The notes below the pieces were generated by a model. The model was not told the DNA's origin and made no database searches. It saw nothing but the letters and a program-made list of their open reading frames with translations. The position numbers and the translations under genes are program-made. A DNA stretch of 64,000 nt from Bacillota bacterium (GTDB lineage Bacteria > Bacillota > Desulfotomaculia > Desulfotomaculales > VENG01), in the NCBI GenBank assembly GCA_009711705.1, contig VENG01000001.1:139889-203888 (forward strand), read 5' to 3'. Each line of letters begins with the position of its first letter. The stretch's first letter is position 1. Below are positions 1 to 7,080 of the stretch, one piece after another.

Positions 1-20
1 GCTGGATATTTCAAAGTTAA

Positions 21-153
21 CTATCTGCACCCCGGACCGGTAAAATACCATCAGAAAGGGTCTACACCGGCTTTTCTTTCATCCGGCAGAGCACCTATAA
101 CTGAGCCAAAGCAAACATGGCAGGTCGTGTAAGCATGTTTATACTGTAGTTAC
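21..153 (-). pseudogene. Degenerate fragment homologous to the glycyl-radical enzyme gene (aligns to 15311-15443)
   Basis: By-eye alignment gives ~87% identity over 133 nt. Two 1-nt indels break the parental reading frame. Homology ends abruptly at both edges. Confidence 0.8.
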
Positions 154-280
154 TTATTTTATAGTAGTTTTGGGTAAAATACAATCAAATTTATAGCTTA
201 TTCGTCGCCTTCTTCCCCAGGGCAAGCCCGCGGCGCAGGGTGTTTTGCACAACATCACGGGGTACTATAAAGTTTGCAGG
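154..280 (-). pseudogene. Degenerate fragment homologous to the putA 3' flank plus its last ~28 codons (aligns to 23442-23583)
   Basis: By-eye alignment gives ~80% identity with several indels. In the parental frame it still reads F.VPR.VV.NTLRRG.A, like the PutA C-terminus. Confidence 0.75.
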
Positions 281-392
281 TAAAGGCTACGAAGGTTGTA
301 TCTCGGTGGCAGACTACGTAATAACTGATATTACCTCTGGGCCGGGCAGGTAATTTACCACTCCGGATGGAAGGCCGGATTCAGCAAATATT
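279..392 (-). pseudogene. Degenerate fragment homologous to an internal part of putA (aligns to 24315-24428)
   Basis: By-eye alignment gives ~85% identity with a 1-nt indel. It is joined to the previous fragment at a GGTAA pentamer present at both parental positions. Confidence 0.75.
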
Positions 393-423
393 GCTAATAA
401 ATCAGGCCATCTAAAAATGAAAA

Positions 424-466
424 GGGGGTTAGAAACCTTGAAATACAAGGTTTCTAACCCCCTTTT
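424..466. terminator. Strong intrinsic terminator, potentially bidirectional
   Basis: Perfect 16-bp stem gggggttagaaacctt/aaggtttctaaccccc with a 7-nt loop. It is followed by TTTT and preceded by an A-rich run. Confidence 0.8.
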
Positions 467-700
467 CCAAATCAGTATATTATATCACTTTGAACGTGAA
501 AATAAAAAATCAGCCTGTAATACATGTGCCCGTACTCGCCAGTAAGGCGAGGATAATATAATCGCCGGAGTGAAATTTTTGCTGGGGCTGATAAGTTGAT
601 TGACATTGCAGCAGAAGCAGCAGTTTTCACCTTTTGAAAAGGAGAAATTAAGAAAGGATTAATTGAAGTCGATAAAGCATCCGAGAAATGAGGTACTACT

Positions 701-2350
701 ATGGAATTAGGGCTTTGGGTCTCTATCTTACCTTCCGTTTTCGCCATCCTTTTGGCGATGATAACCAGGCAGGTAATTCCCTCGCTGCTGGCGGGCCTTT
801 GGTTAGGAGCATTTATAAAATCTCCGGGGCTTCTTTCGTCTCTTTCCGGGACTATTTCCTATATATTGGCCATGTTATCCGATGCGGGAAACCTGGATGT
901 ACTGCTTTTCCTTTACGTGTTTAGCGGTCTGGTAACCATGATCCAACTGGCGGGCGGAGTAAGCGGCTTTACGCATCTTATGGAGCGTGTAGTTCAGAGC
1001 GGTCGTGGGGCACTTCTCTCAGTCGCGGCTCTGGCGCCTATAACCTTTATAGACTGCGGCTTTCGGGTGGTGGCAGCCGGGGCTGTTACTAAACCCCTGG
1101 CTAAAGAGTTTAAGGTTTCTCCGGAGCGACTGGCCTTTACTCTGAATAACACTGCCAGTCCATTGATCAGTCTTATTCCCATTGCTACTACGTATGTGGG
1201 TTATATGCTGGGAGTGTTGGCTGTGGGGTTAAGATCTGCAGGGGTTGCGGGTTCACCTTTCATTATTTTTTTGCAAACTATACCCTTTAACTTTTTCAGC
1301 TTCACCGCTATTTTGACAGCTCTTTTGTCAATTTTTAGCCCGTGGCAATTCCGGGAGATGGCCGAAGCAGACAAGAAAGCAGCTCGGGAAGACGGCGAAA
1401 GGCATAAACCGTTGCCGGAAGGTATTAAAAACAATGTGCGCGGTGTTAGAGGTGTTCCTGCATTCGGTCACGAGGCGGCTGAAGATCTGACACCCGGTGA
1501 AGCACGAAGGTTGGATACCGCTCGGGATCAAATGGGTACGGCAGCGGGGAAAGATATTAATGTGACATCTTCAGAGCACAATGAAAACGAGATGAAAAAG
1601 AGCAACGGAGAAGGACCGAAAGCCCCTATGAACATGGAGCATGATCATGACATGGAAATAAAAAGTAAGTTGCCTCCACGGGCTTTGAATTTGCTAATAC
1701 CTATTGGAATCCTAATTCCCTTGAGTTTCCTTATGGTCTGGCTGGACGGCCGTGCCAAGGGAGACACCCTTTTGGAAATATTCTCTCAGGCCAACGCATC
1801 GCGTGCTATGTTTCAAGCACTCTTTTTGACTACGGTGATAACGGCTCTGTTATATCTCCTGCAGCGGTTATCACTTAAAGACCTCACCAACGGGTTTATA
1901 AAGGGTGGTAATAAATTAATGGTCACCATTGTAATTCTTGTGGTGGCCTGGCCAATTGCAACGGTTTCACGCGATCTGGGTCTGCCCAAGTTAATTGAAA
2001 CCACTCTGGGGGCCACCCTTCCCGCTGTTTGGGTACCGGCGGCAGCATTTGTAATCACGGCAGCGGTGACGTACTTTATCGGTTCTTCCTGGGGATCTTG
2101 GGCCCTTATGATGCCTCTTGCCATTCCCCTGGCCGCCGCTTCGGGTGCTTCTATTCCTCTCGCCGCGGCAGCTGTGTTTTCGGGTGGAACTTTTGGAGAT
2201 GTAACTTCTCCCCTGTCAGGTATGACTGCCATGTCGTCAGGTGTAGCCGAGGCGGAACACATGAGTTATGTTCGTGCTATGACACCGTATAATTTGACCG
2301 CCGGAGCGGCGGCAGCGCTACTGTTTGTAGTAGTGCCAATGCTTATTTAA
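701..2350 (+). CDS. NhaC-family (Na+/H+ antiporter-like) membrane transporter with a ~110-aa hydrophilic central insertion
   Basis: 549-aa polytopic ORF with a GAGG RBS 6-7 nt upstream of the ATG. The overall pattern resembles the NhaC C-terminal domain family. Family assignment is from memory only. Confidence 0.6.
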   Translation: MELGLWVSILPSVFAILLAMITRQVIPSLLAGLWLGAFIKSPGLLSSLSGTISYILAMLSDAGNLDVLLFLYVFSGLVTMIQLAGGVSGFTHLMERVVQSGRGALLSVAALAPITFIDCGFRVVAAGAVTKPLAKEFKVSPERLAFTLNNTASPLISLIPIATTYVGYMLGVLAVGLRSAGVAGSPFIIFLQTIPFNFFSFTAILTALLSIFSPWQFREMAEADKKAAREDGERHKPLPEGIKNNVRGVRGVPAFGHEAAEDLTPGEARRLDTARDQMGTAAGKDINVTSSEHNENEMKKSNGEGPKAPMNMEHDHDMEIKSKLPPRALNLLIPIGILIPLSFLMVWLDGRAKGDTLLEIFSQANASRAMFQALFLTTVITALLYLLQRLSLKDLTNGFIKGGNKLMVTIVILVVAWPIATVSRDLGLPKLIETTLGATLPAVWVPAAAFVITAAVTYFIGSSWGSWALMMPLAIPLAAASGASIPLAAAAVFSGGTFGDVTSPLSGMTAMSSGVAEAEHMSYVRAMTPYNLTAGAAAALLFVVVPMLI

Positions 2351-2354
2351 AATT

Positions 2355-2390
2355 AAAAAAGGCCGGGTATTGGTATTTCCGGCCTTTTTG
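2355..2390. terminator. Bidirectional intrinsic terminator between convergent genes
   Basis: Hairpin aaaaaaggccgg...ccggccttttt with a GC stem flanked by an A run and a T run. Confidence 0.75.
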
Positions 2391-2416
2391 CTTGTTTAAT
2401 GAGTATCAGCCAAAGC

Positions 2417-3028
2417 CTATCTGTAACCACCCATCATGCCGTAACCGCCCATCATGCCATAACCACCCATCATTCCCATCATACCGTTATATCTTTGGGG
2501 GCGGTTATTCCAAGAACAGTTGAAATATGAGTTGTTGGCGTTATAAGGGACCATTCTATATCCGGGGAAGTCTCTAATTTGATCATTATTTTCTTCCCTG
2601 TCCACCGTGTTATTTTCATCCTCATTGTCCATCATGTCGCCTTTTTCATTGTCCATCATATCACTGTTGTTTCCGTCCATTGAATCGTTTGCATCTTTGT
2701 CGTTCATCATATCGTCTTTTTCGCTGTCCATCATGTCGTCATTTTTCATATCCACTGTGGTATCTTCATTGTCCATCATATCACTGTTTTGCTCGTCAGT
2801 TGTATCAATTTCATTCTCACTGTTCATCATATTGCTATTGCCGTCCACTGTGCCATTTCCATCCCTATCGTCCATCATCCCTGCTTGTTCATCATTAGTT
2901 TCTGAAACTGCAGCGGAATTGTTCATTTTCATTTGGTCCGTGTCAATTTCAGCAGCATTTGCTACACCTACTAAAGAAAATAGAAGGACAAATGCAAAAA
3001 GCAGCACGAATGTTTTATTCTTACCCAC
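2417..3028 (-). CDS. Secreted Met/Asp/Asn-rich low-complexity protein with a C-terminal (MMGGYG)n tail
   Basis: GTG start with a GGGGGTG RBS. Signal peptide MGKNKTFVLLFAFVLLFSLVGVANA/AE. About 28 Met in 203 aa, with repeated D-M-M-D-N-E-like units and a C-terminus GMMGMMGGYGMMGGYGMMGGYR. A paralog lies at 6502-6912. Confidence 0.75.
   Translation of the reverse strand: MGKNKTFVLLFAFVLLFSLVGVANAAEIDTDQMKMNNSAAVSETNDEQAGMMDDRDGNGTVDGNSNMMNSENEIDTTDEQNSDMMDNEDTTVDMKNDDMMDSEKDDMMNDKDANDSMDGNNSDMMDNEKGDMMDNEDENNTVDREENNDQIRDFPGYRMVPYNANNSYFNCSWNNRPQRYNGMMGMMGGYGMMGGYGMMGGYR
2423..2476 (-). repeat. In-frame 18-nt tandem repeat x3 encoding MMGGYG units
   Basis: gtaaccacccatcatgcc / gtaaccgcccatcatgcc / ataaccacccatcattcc read directly from the sequence. 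Confidence 0.85.
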
Positions 3029-3112
3029 AATTTACACCCCCGTTTAATTATAATGAATGTCAAACCATGCTTGGGTTAATATGATAAAGTTGTTCCAGAG
3101 CTATCCCTCCCC

Positions 3113-3210
3113 CCAAGGAAAAATAATCCAAGCGTCAATTATTATTTTAAAACCCCCAATTTACAAAACGATCTCGTATTCATAACAAAAATATAAAGAT
3201 TATACATTGA
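3113..3210 (-). promoter_or_regulatory. Conserved ~98-nt upstream element, copy A (partner at 8857-8955); contains a sigma-A-like promoter TTGTAA-17-AATAAT
   Basis: ~78% identity by eye to 8857-8955. It starts 85 nt upstream of the start codon at 3028. Even the promoter spacer is conserved between the copies. Confidence 0.5.
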
Positions 3211-3235
3211 ATTCTATGTATGGGTTATTAAGTGC

Positions 3236-3273
3236 TTAAATAAAGGGCCGTGATATTAATATTTGCACGGCCC
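3236..3273 (-). terminator. Intrinsic terminator of the csoR-copA transcript
   Basis: Stem gggccgtg/cacggccc followed on the minus strand by a UUUAUUUAAG tract. Confidence 0.7.
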
Positions 3274-3301
3274 TTCAGTGTATATTATAGGCAGTTTTGT
3301 G

Positions 3302-3376
3302 TCATGCCCGGGACTTTATTCGGTGTCCACCGTCGCAGTTTGCCACGCGGCGAAGCATAAAACGCTTCCTCATCAT
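3302..3376 (-). CDS. Possible 24-aa micro-ORF (MMRKRFMLRRVANCDGGHRIKSRA) downstream of copA
   Basis: GGAGGTGA RBS ~8 nt upstream of ATG. It lies between the copA stop and the terminator. No homology evidence. Confidence 0.25.
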   Translation of the reverse strand: MMRKRFMLRRVANCDGGHRIKSRA

Positions 3377-3413
3377 AATTATCACCTCCTTAACCTGTTG
3401 ATATTGATACTGA

Positions 3414-5834
3414 TTAGTGTTTCAGTTTAACTCTCTTTAATCGTAATGCGTTAGTTACCACGGAAACGGAACTGAACGCCATGGCAGCACCGGCCAGAAC
3501 AGGATTTAAGAAGCCCAGGGCGGCTATCGGTATGCCCACTGTGTTGTAAATAAGGGCCCAGAACAGGTTTTGTTTGATGTTACGCATGGTGGCCCTGCTT
3601 AACCTGATGCTGTTGACAACCCCTTTCAGGTCCCCGCTCATCAGAGTAATATCTGCAGCTTCCATGGCCACATCAGTTCCGGTACCCACTGCAAATCCCA
3701 CCTCAGCAGTGGCCAGGGCCGGGGCATCGTTAATGCCGTCTCCCACCATACCCGTTACTTTACCGCTTTCTTGCAACTTTTGTACTTCCCTGGCTTTATC
3801 TTCGGGCAGCACTTCGGCAAGTACATTTTCAATACCCACCTGAGCCGCAATGGCATCTGCGGTACGCTTGTTATCACCTGTAATCATCCAAACCTCTATA
3901 CCCATTTCTTTAAGGGCATGTATAGCTTCTGTTGAGTTATCCTTAATTGTATCGGCAACTCCTAGCAAGGCCACAGCCTTTCCGTTTGCCGCCATGATCA
4001 TTACGGTCTTTCCTTCGCGTTCCAATTTTTCTATCTTTTTCTCATGGCTCTCCCATTCCACATCATTTTCACTCATTAACTTGCGAGTACCCAACAATAA
4101 TTTGTGGTCTTTCATTTGGGCCAGCACACCATGTCCTGGAATAGCTTCGAATTGATGTGGCACCGGTAATTCCAGGCCTTCTTCTTCAGCCTTTTGCACT
4201 ATGGCCTGGGCCAGAGGGTGTTCCGAGCCCTTTTCCGCTCCGCCTGCTAGGGCCAGCAATTCTTTCTCGCTTCCTGCTACTGAATCCAATACGAGCAAAT
4301 CGGTCAGAGCCGGCGCACCCCGGGTGATGGTACCCGTCTTGTCCAATACCAGGGCATTGATCTTCTGCGCCCGCTCCAGGAATTCACCACCCTTGATCAA
4401 AATGCCGTTTTCTGCTCCCCGTCCTGTTCCCACCATAATCGATGTGGGTGTGGCCAAGCCCAGGGCGCACGGGCAGGCGATTACCAGTACTGCGGTGAAA
4501 TTGATGAGGGCCCATGTGAAGTTGCCGGGGTCGCCGAAGAAATACCATAAGGCGAAGGTAATCAGTGAAATGCCAACTACCACCGGGACAAAATAACCGG
4601 AAATAATATCCGCCATGCGCTGAATAGGGGCCTTGGAACCTTGTGCGTCCTCCACTATACGTACAATTTGCGCCAGCGCTGTATCCTTGCCTACTTTGGT
4701 GGCTTTAAACTTAAAGGTTCCCAGTTTATTGATAGTGGCACCGATCACGGTGTCTCCCACATTTTTATCCACCGGCAGGCTTTCCCCGGTAAGCATGGAC
4801 TCATCAACACTGGAATAGCCTTCAACAATTTCTCCGTCAACGGGAATCTTTTCGCCGGGACGAACGGCAATAATATCTTCCACCATTACCTGTTCAACCG
4901 GGATTTCCATTTCCTGCCCGTCCCTGATTACGCGGGCTGTTTTGGCCTGCAGGCCCATTAATTTTTTAATGGCCTCGGAAGTTTTCCCCTTGGCCACTGC
5001 TTCCAGTAAGCGACCCAGTAATATAAGTGTAATGATCAGGGCACTGGTTTCAAAGTATACTTCGTCTGCGCCGATAGATGCACCCCAAAAGGTCACCACT
5101 ACACTATATAGGTAGGCCGCGGTGGTACCGAGGACCACCAGCACAGACATATTCGCTCCCTTATTTTTTAAGACCAGGTAAGCGTCCCGGTAAAAGTGCC
5201 ATCCCGCAATGAATTGGATAGGGGTAGCAAGGATTAACTGGAAGTAATGATTATAAACAATATCCGGCAAGTTAAGTTTGAACAGCATGCCAAACATATA
5301 TGCCAACAGCGGTAAGGAAAGTACCGCTGAGAATACGAACAGGTTTTTGAAACGGCGGATTTCCTTTTCCCGTGCTTCTTTTTCAGCATCCGCGCCCCCG
5401 GTGTCAGCTACTTCCGCCCCGTAGCCGATGTCAACTATGGCCTTTTTTATTTCCCCCAGATCGGTAAGGCCCGGGTTATAGTCCGCCACTGCCTTTTCCG
5501 TGGCTATGTTGACACTAGCCTGCACTCCGGGAAGGGAATTCAACTTTTTCTCCACCCTTGCAGAGCACGCTGCACAGGTCATCCCGGTAATACGCAGTTC
5601 TACATTTTCCGTTACCACTCCGAAACCCACCTGTTTAATAACTTCTGAAAGGTATTCGGGCTCAACTTGGCCAGAGTCATAATTTACGGTAGCCTTACTG
5701 GTGGCAAAGTTAACCGCGGCGTCATGCACGCCCTTCTCCCCGGCTAAGTTTTTCTCTATCCGGGCTGCGCAGGCAGCACAGCTCATACCGGTTACTTTAA
5801 ACTCAGCTTTTTTTAACGTACCTTCCGTTGCCAT
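3414..5834 (-). CDS. copA: Copper-translocating P1B-type ATPase
   Basis: Two N-terminal HMA domains ([24 protein letters not shown]), a CPC membrane motif ([11 protein letters not shown]), DKTGT and GDGINDAP. Confidence 0.97.
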   Translation of the reverse strand: MATEGTLKKAEFKVTGMSCAACAARIEKNLAGEKGVHDAAVNFATSKATVNYDSGQVEPEYLSEVIKQVGFGVVTENVELRITGMTCAACSARVEKKLNSLPGVQASVNIATEKAVADYNPGLTDLGEIKKAIVDIGYGAEVADTGGADAEKEAREKEIRRFKNLFVFSAVLSLPLLAYMFGMLFKLNLPDIVYNHYFQLILATPIQFIAGWHFYRDAYLVLKNKGANMSVLVVLGTTAAYLYSVVVTFWGASIGADEVYFETSALIITLILLGRLLEAVAKGKTSEAIKKLMGLQAKTARVIRDGQEMEIPVEQVMVEDIIAVRPGEKIPVDGEIVEGYSSVDESMLTGESLPVDKNVGDTVIGATINKLGTFKFKATKVGKDTALAQIVRIVEDAQGSKAPIQRMADIISGYFVPVVVGISLITFALWYFFGDPGNFTWALINFTAVLVIACPCALGLATPTSIMVGTGRGAENGILIKGGEFLERAQKINALVLDKTGTITRGAPALTDLLVLDSVAGSEKELLALAGGAEKGSEHPLAQAIVQKAEEEGLELPVPHQFEAIPGHGVLAQMKDHKLLLGTRKLMSENDVEWESHEKKIEKLEREGKTVMIMAANGKAVALLGVADTIKDNSTEAIHALKEMGIEVWMITGDNKRTADAIAAQVGIENVLAEVLPEDKAREVQKLQESGKVTGMVGDGINDAPALATAEVGFAVGTGTDVAMEAADITLMSGDLKGVVNSIRLSRATMRNIKQNLFWALIYNTVGIPIAALGFLNPVLAGAAMAFSSVSVVTNALRLKRVKLKH

Positions 5835-5855
5835 TCTACCAACTCCTTTTGAATG

Positions 5856-6119
5856 TCAGTCTACAAACTTGTCCAAAAACTGCATTAATTCGTCAATTGC
5901 TTCATCGCCGTGTTCCTGTCTGATTGCATTGGCAACACATGCCCGGGTGTGATTTCTCACCATTTGCATGCCTAACTTTTTCAAGGCTGCACGGCTGGCA
6001 CTGACCTGGTATAAAACATCAATACAATAACGGTCTTCCTCTATCATTTTTTGAATGCCTCGAATTTGCCCCTCTACTCTCTTAAGCCTGTCCATAAGCT
6101 CTTTTTTGTTCCCTTGCAT
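5856..6119 (-). CDS. csoR: CsoR-family copper-sensing transcriptional repressor
   Basis: 87-aa ORF with the DUF156 pattern, including RYCIDVLYQ and a NHTRAC Cys/His/Cys triad. It lies directly upstream of copA. Confidence 0.92.
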   Translation of the reverse strand: MQGNKKELMDRLKRVEGQIRGIQKMIEEDRYCIDVLYQVSASRAALKKLGMQMVRNHTRACVANAIRQEHGDEAIDELMQFLDKFVD

Positions 6120-6141
6120 CAGATAACCGCCTTTAACTTTG

Positions 6142-6161
6142 TATACCCTACAGGGGGTATA
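6142..6161. promoter_or_regulatory. CsoR operator (GC-tract inverted repeat)
   Basis: tataccctacagggggtata is the typical ATACCC-N-GGGGTAT CsoR box. It sits just downstream of the predicted promoter. Confidence 0.7.
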
Positions 6162-6174
6162 GTATTTTTAAGTA

Positions 6175-6203
6175 ACTCTATATTATTGCTGTTTAATTGT
6201 CAA
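6175..6203 (-). promoter_or_regulatory. Sigma-A-type promoter of csoR-copA (TTGACA-17-TAGAGT)
   Basis: Perfect -35 hexamer, 17-nt spacer and a 4/6 -10 hexamer on the minus strand. The operator immediately follows. Confidence 0.55.
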
Positions 6204-6268
6204 CACCTTATAGAAAAAATATCAGTATTTGTCGTGAACTATTTACACTTTCAGGTAAAATTAACAAG

Positions 6269-6308
6269 TAAAGGGGAAGAGGTCATGTTTATGACCTCTT
6301 CCCCTTTA
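6269..6308. other. Perfect 18-bp inverted repeat (4-nt loop); insulator or terminator-like hairpin
   Basis: taaaggggaagaggtcat-gttt-atgacctcttccccttta. There is no clean U run on either strand. Confidence 0.5.
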
Positions 6309-6414
6309 CTTTGCTTAAGAAGGTATACACATCAGCCCCATGTAAGACCCCTGGTTGCCCGAAAGTTTTTTTATTGGAAAATACGGTGTAGCAACCTGAT
6401 ATCAGGTCCGTGAA

Positions 6415-6447
6415 AAAATAAGATCCCGTTAAGCGGGATCTTATTTT
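6415..6447. terminator. Intrinsic terminator after the 6502-6912 gene
   Basis: 14-bp stem aaaataagatcccg/cgggatcttatttt with a 5-nt loop. The A and T runs form part of the stem. Confidence 0.75.
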
Positions 6448-6501
6448 AGGAGTTGACCGGTTTATGCTGCTTGTGAAGTTTATATATCCTGTTTCATTCT
6501 T

Positions 6502-6912
6502 TTAATATGATGATCCATTCATTCCGTAGCCGCCCATCATTCCGTAACTGCCGTTACCAGATCCGTAGCCACCCATCATCCCGCCCATCATGTTATTCAT
6601 GTATGAATAATGATCTTGCCAAGCTTGTGCTTGATTTTGGGTGAATTGATCATTTGTCGGTGTTTGTGCGGGAGAATAATTGTTTCCATTAGCCCCATCT
6701 ACGGGGCCAGATTGTTCGTTAGTTTCTTCTGCAGCATCATTTGTTTCAACATCTACGGGTCTAACCATTATGTCCTGGTTGTTATTATTCATCATGTCCT
6801 GATAATCAAGTGTGTTCAATTGTGCACTTTGCCAAGATGCAAAAGCGGTTGGTGCAATGAGTGCTGCAACAAGCAACACTCCCAAAAGTAATACCCATAC
6901 TTTACCCTTCAT
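6502..6912 (-). CDS. Secreted Asn/Gln-rich protein with a Met/Gly/Tyr-rich C-terminal tail (paralog of 2417-3028)
   Basis: AAGGAGGT RBS is best spaced for the second ATG (6912). Signal peptide ...LIAPTAFA/SW. C-terminus is NNMMGGMMGGYGSGNGSYGMMGGYGMNGSSY. Confidence 0.7.
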   Translation of the reverse strand: MKGKVWVLLLGVLLVAALIAPTAFASWQSAQLNTLDYQDMMNNNNQDIMVRPVDVETNDAAEETNEQSGPVDGANGNNYSPAQTPTNDQFTQNQAQAWQDHYSYMNNMMGGMMGGYGSGNGSYGMMGGYGMNGSSY

Positions 6913-7080
6913 GTTCATACCTCCTTGGATTATGATAGATAGAAATTATTACTTGAATATGACTTTAGTACCCACTCCTCCTTTCCCTCAGTTATTATTG
7001 ACTCTCTAGGCCGATTATATAGAACTAAAGTTACATTATAAAAACAGAATCATTACAAATATATAACATATTGAAAACAA

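Noticed and set aside
1-392. The fragment mosaic as a diversity-generating retroelement template/variable repeat pair or a CRISPR-like array
   Set aside because: Differences from the parental sequences are mixed transitions, transversions and indels. They are not adenine-specific. No reverse transcriptase, repeat-spacer periodicity or cas genes are present in the window.
500-700. Possible lysine (L-box) or other riboswitch in the ~220-nt leader of the NhaC-family gene
   Set aside because: Some short resemblances exist (GCCGGAG, GCTGGGGCTG) and a possible enclosing helix tcagcc/ggctga. However, the conserved L-box core (AGAGGNGC...) is absent and I cannot match any family by eye. An Rfam scan is needed.
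472-924. ORF-track entries 472-747 (-) and 688-924 (+) overlapping the leader and start of the NhaC-type gene
   Set aside because: They have no RBS and no recognisable motifs. They overlap a much longer, well-supported membrane-protein ORF and a terminator.
2607-3047. 146-aa Ser/Leu/Ile-rich ORF on the + strand, antisense to the Met-rich gene
   Set aside because: It is the mirror image of the repetitive Asp/Met/Asn codons. It has no RBS or signal features. The minus-strand frame has an RBS, a signal peptide and a paralog.
3574-5952. Multiple 60-130-aa + strand ORFs antisense to copA, and similar antisense ORFs inside putA, malQ, treY and the GRE gene
   Set aside because: These are typical shadow ORFs opposite long, motif-rich genes. 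They have no RBSs and low-complexity Ala/Ser/Pro-rich products.
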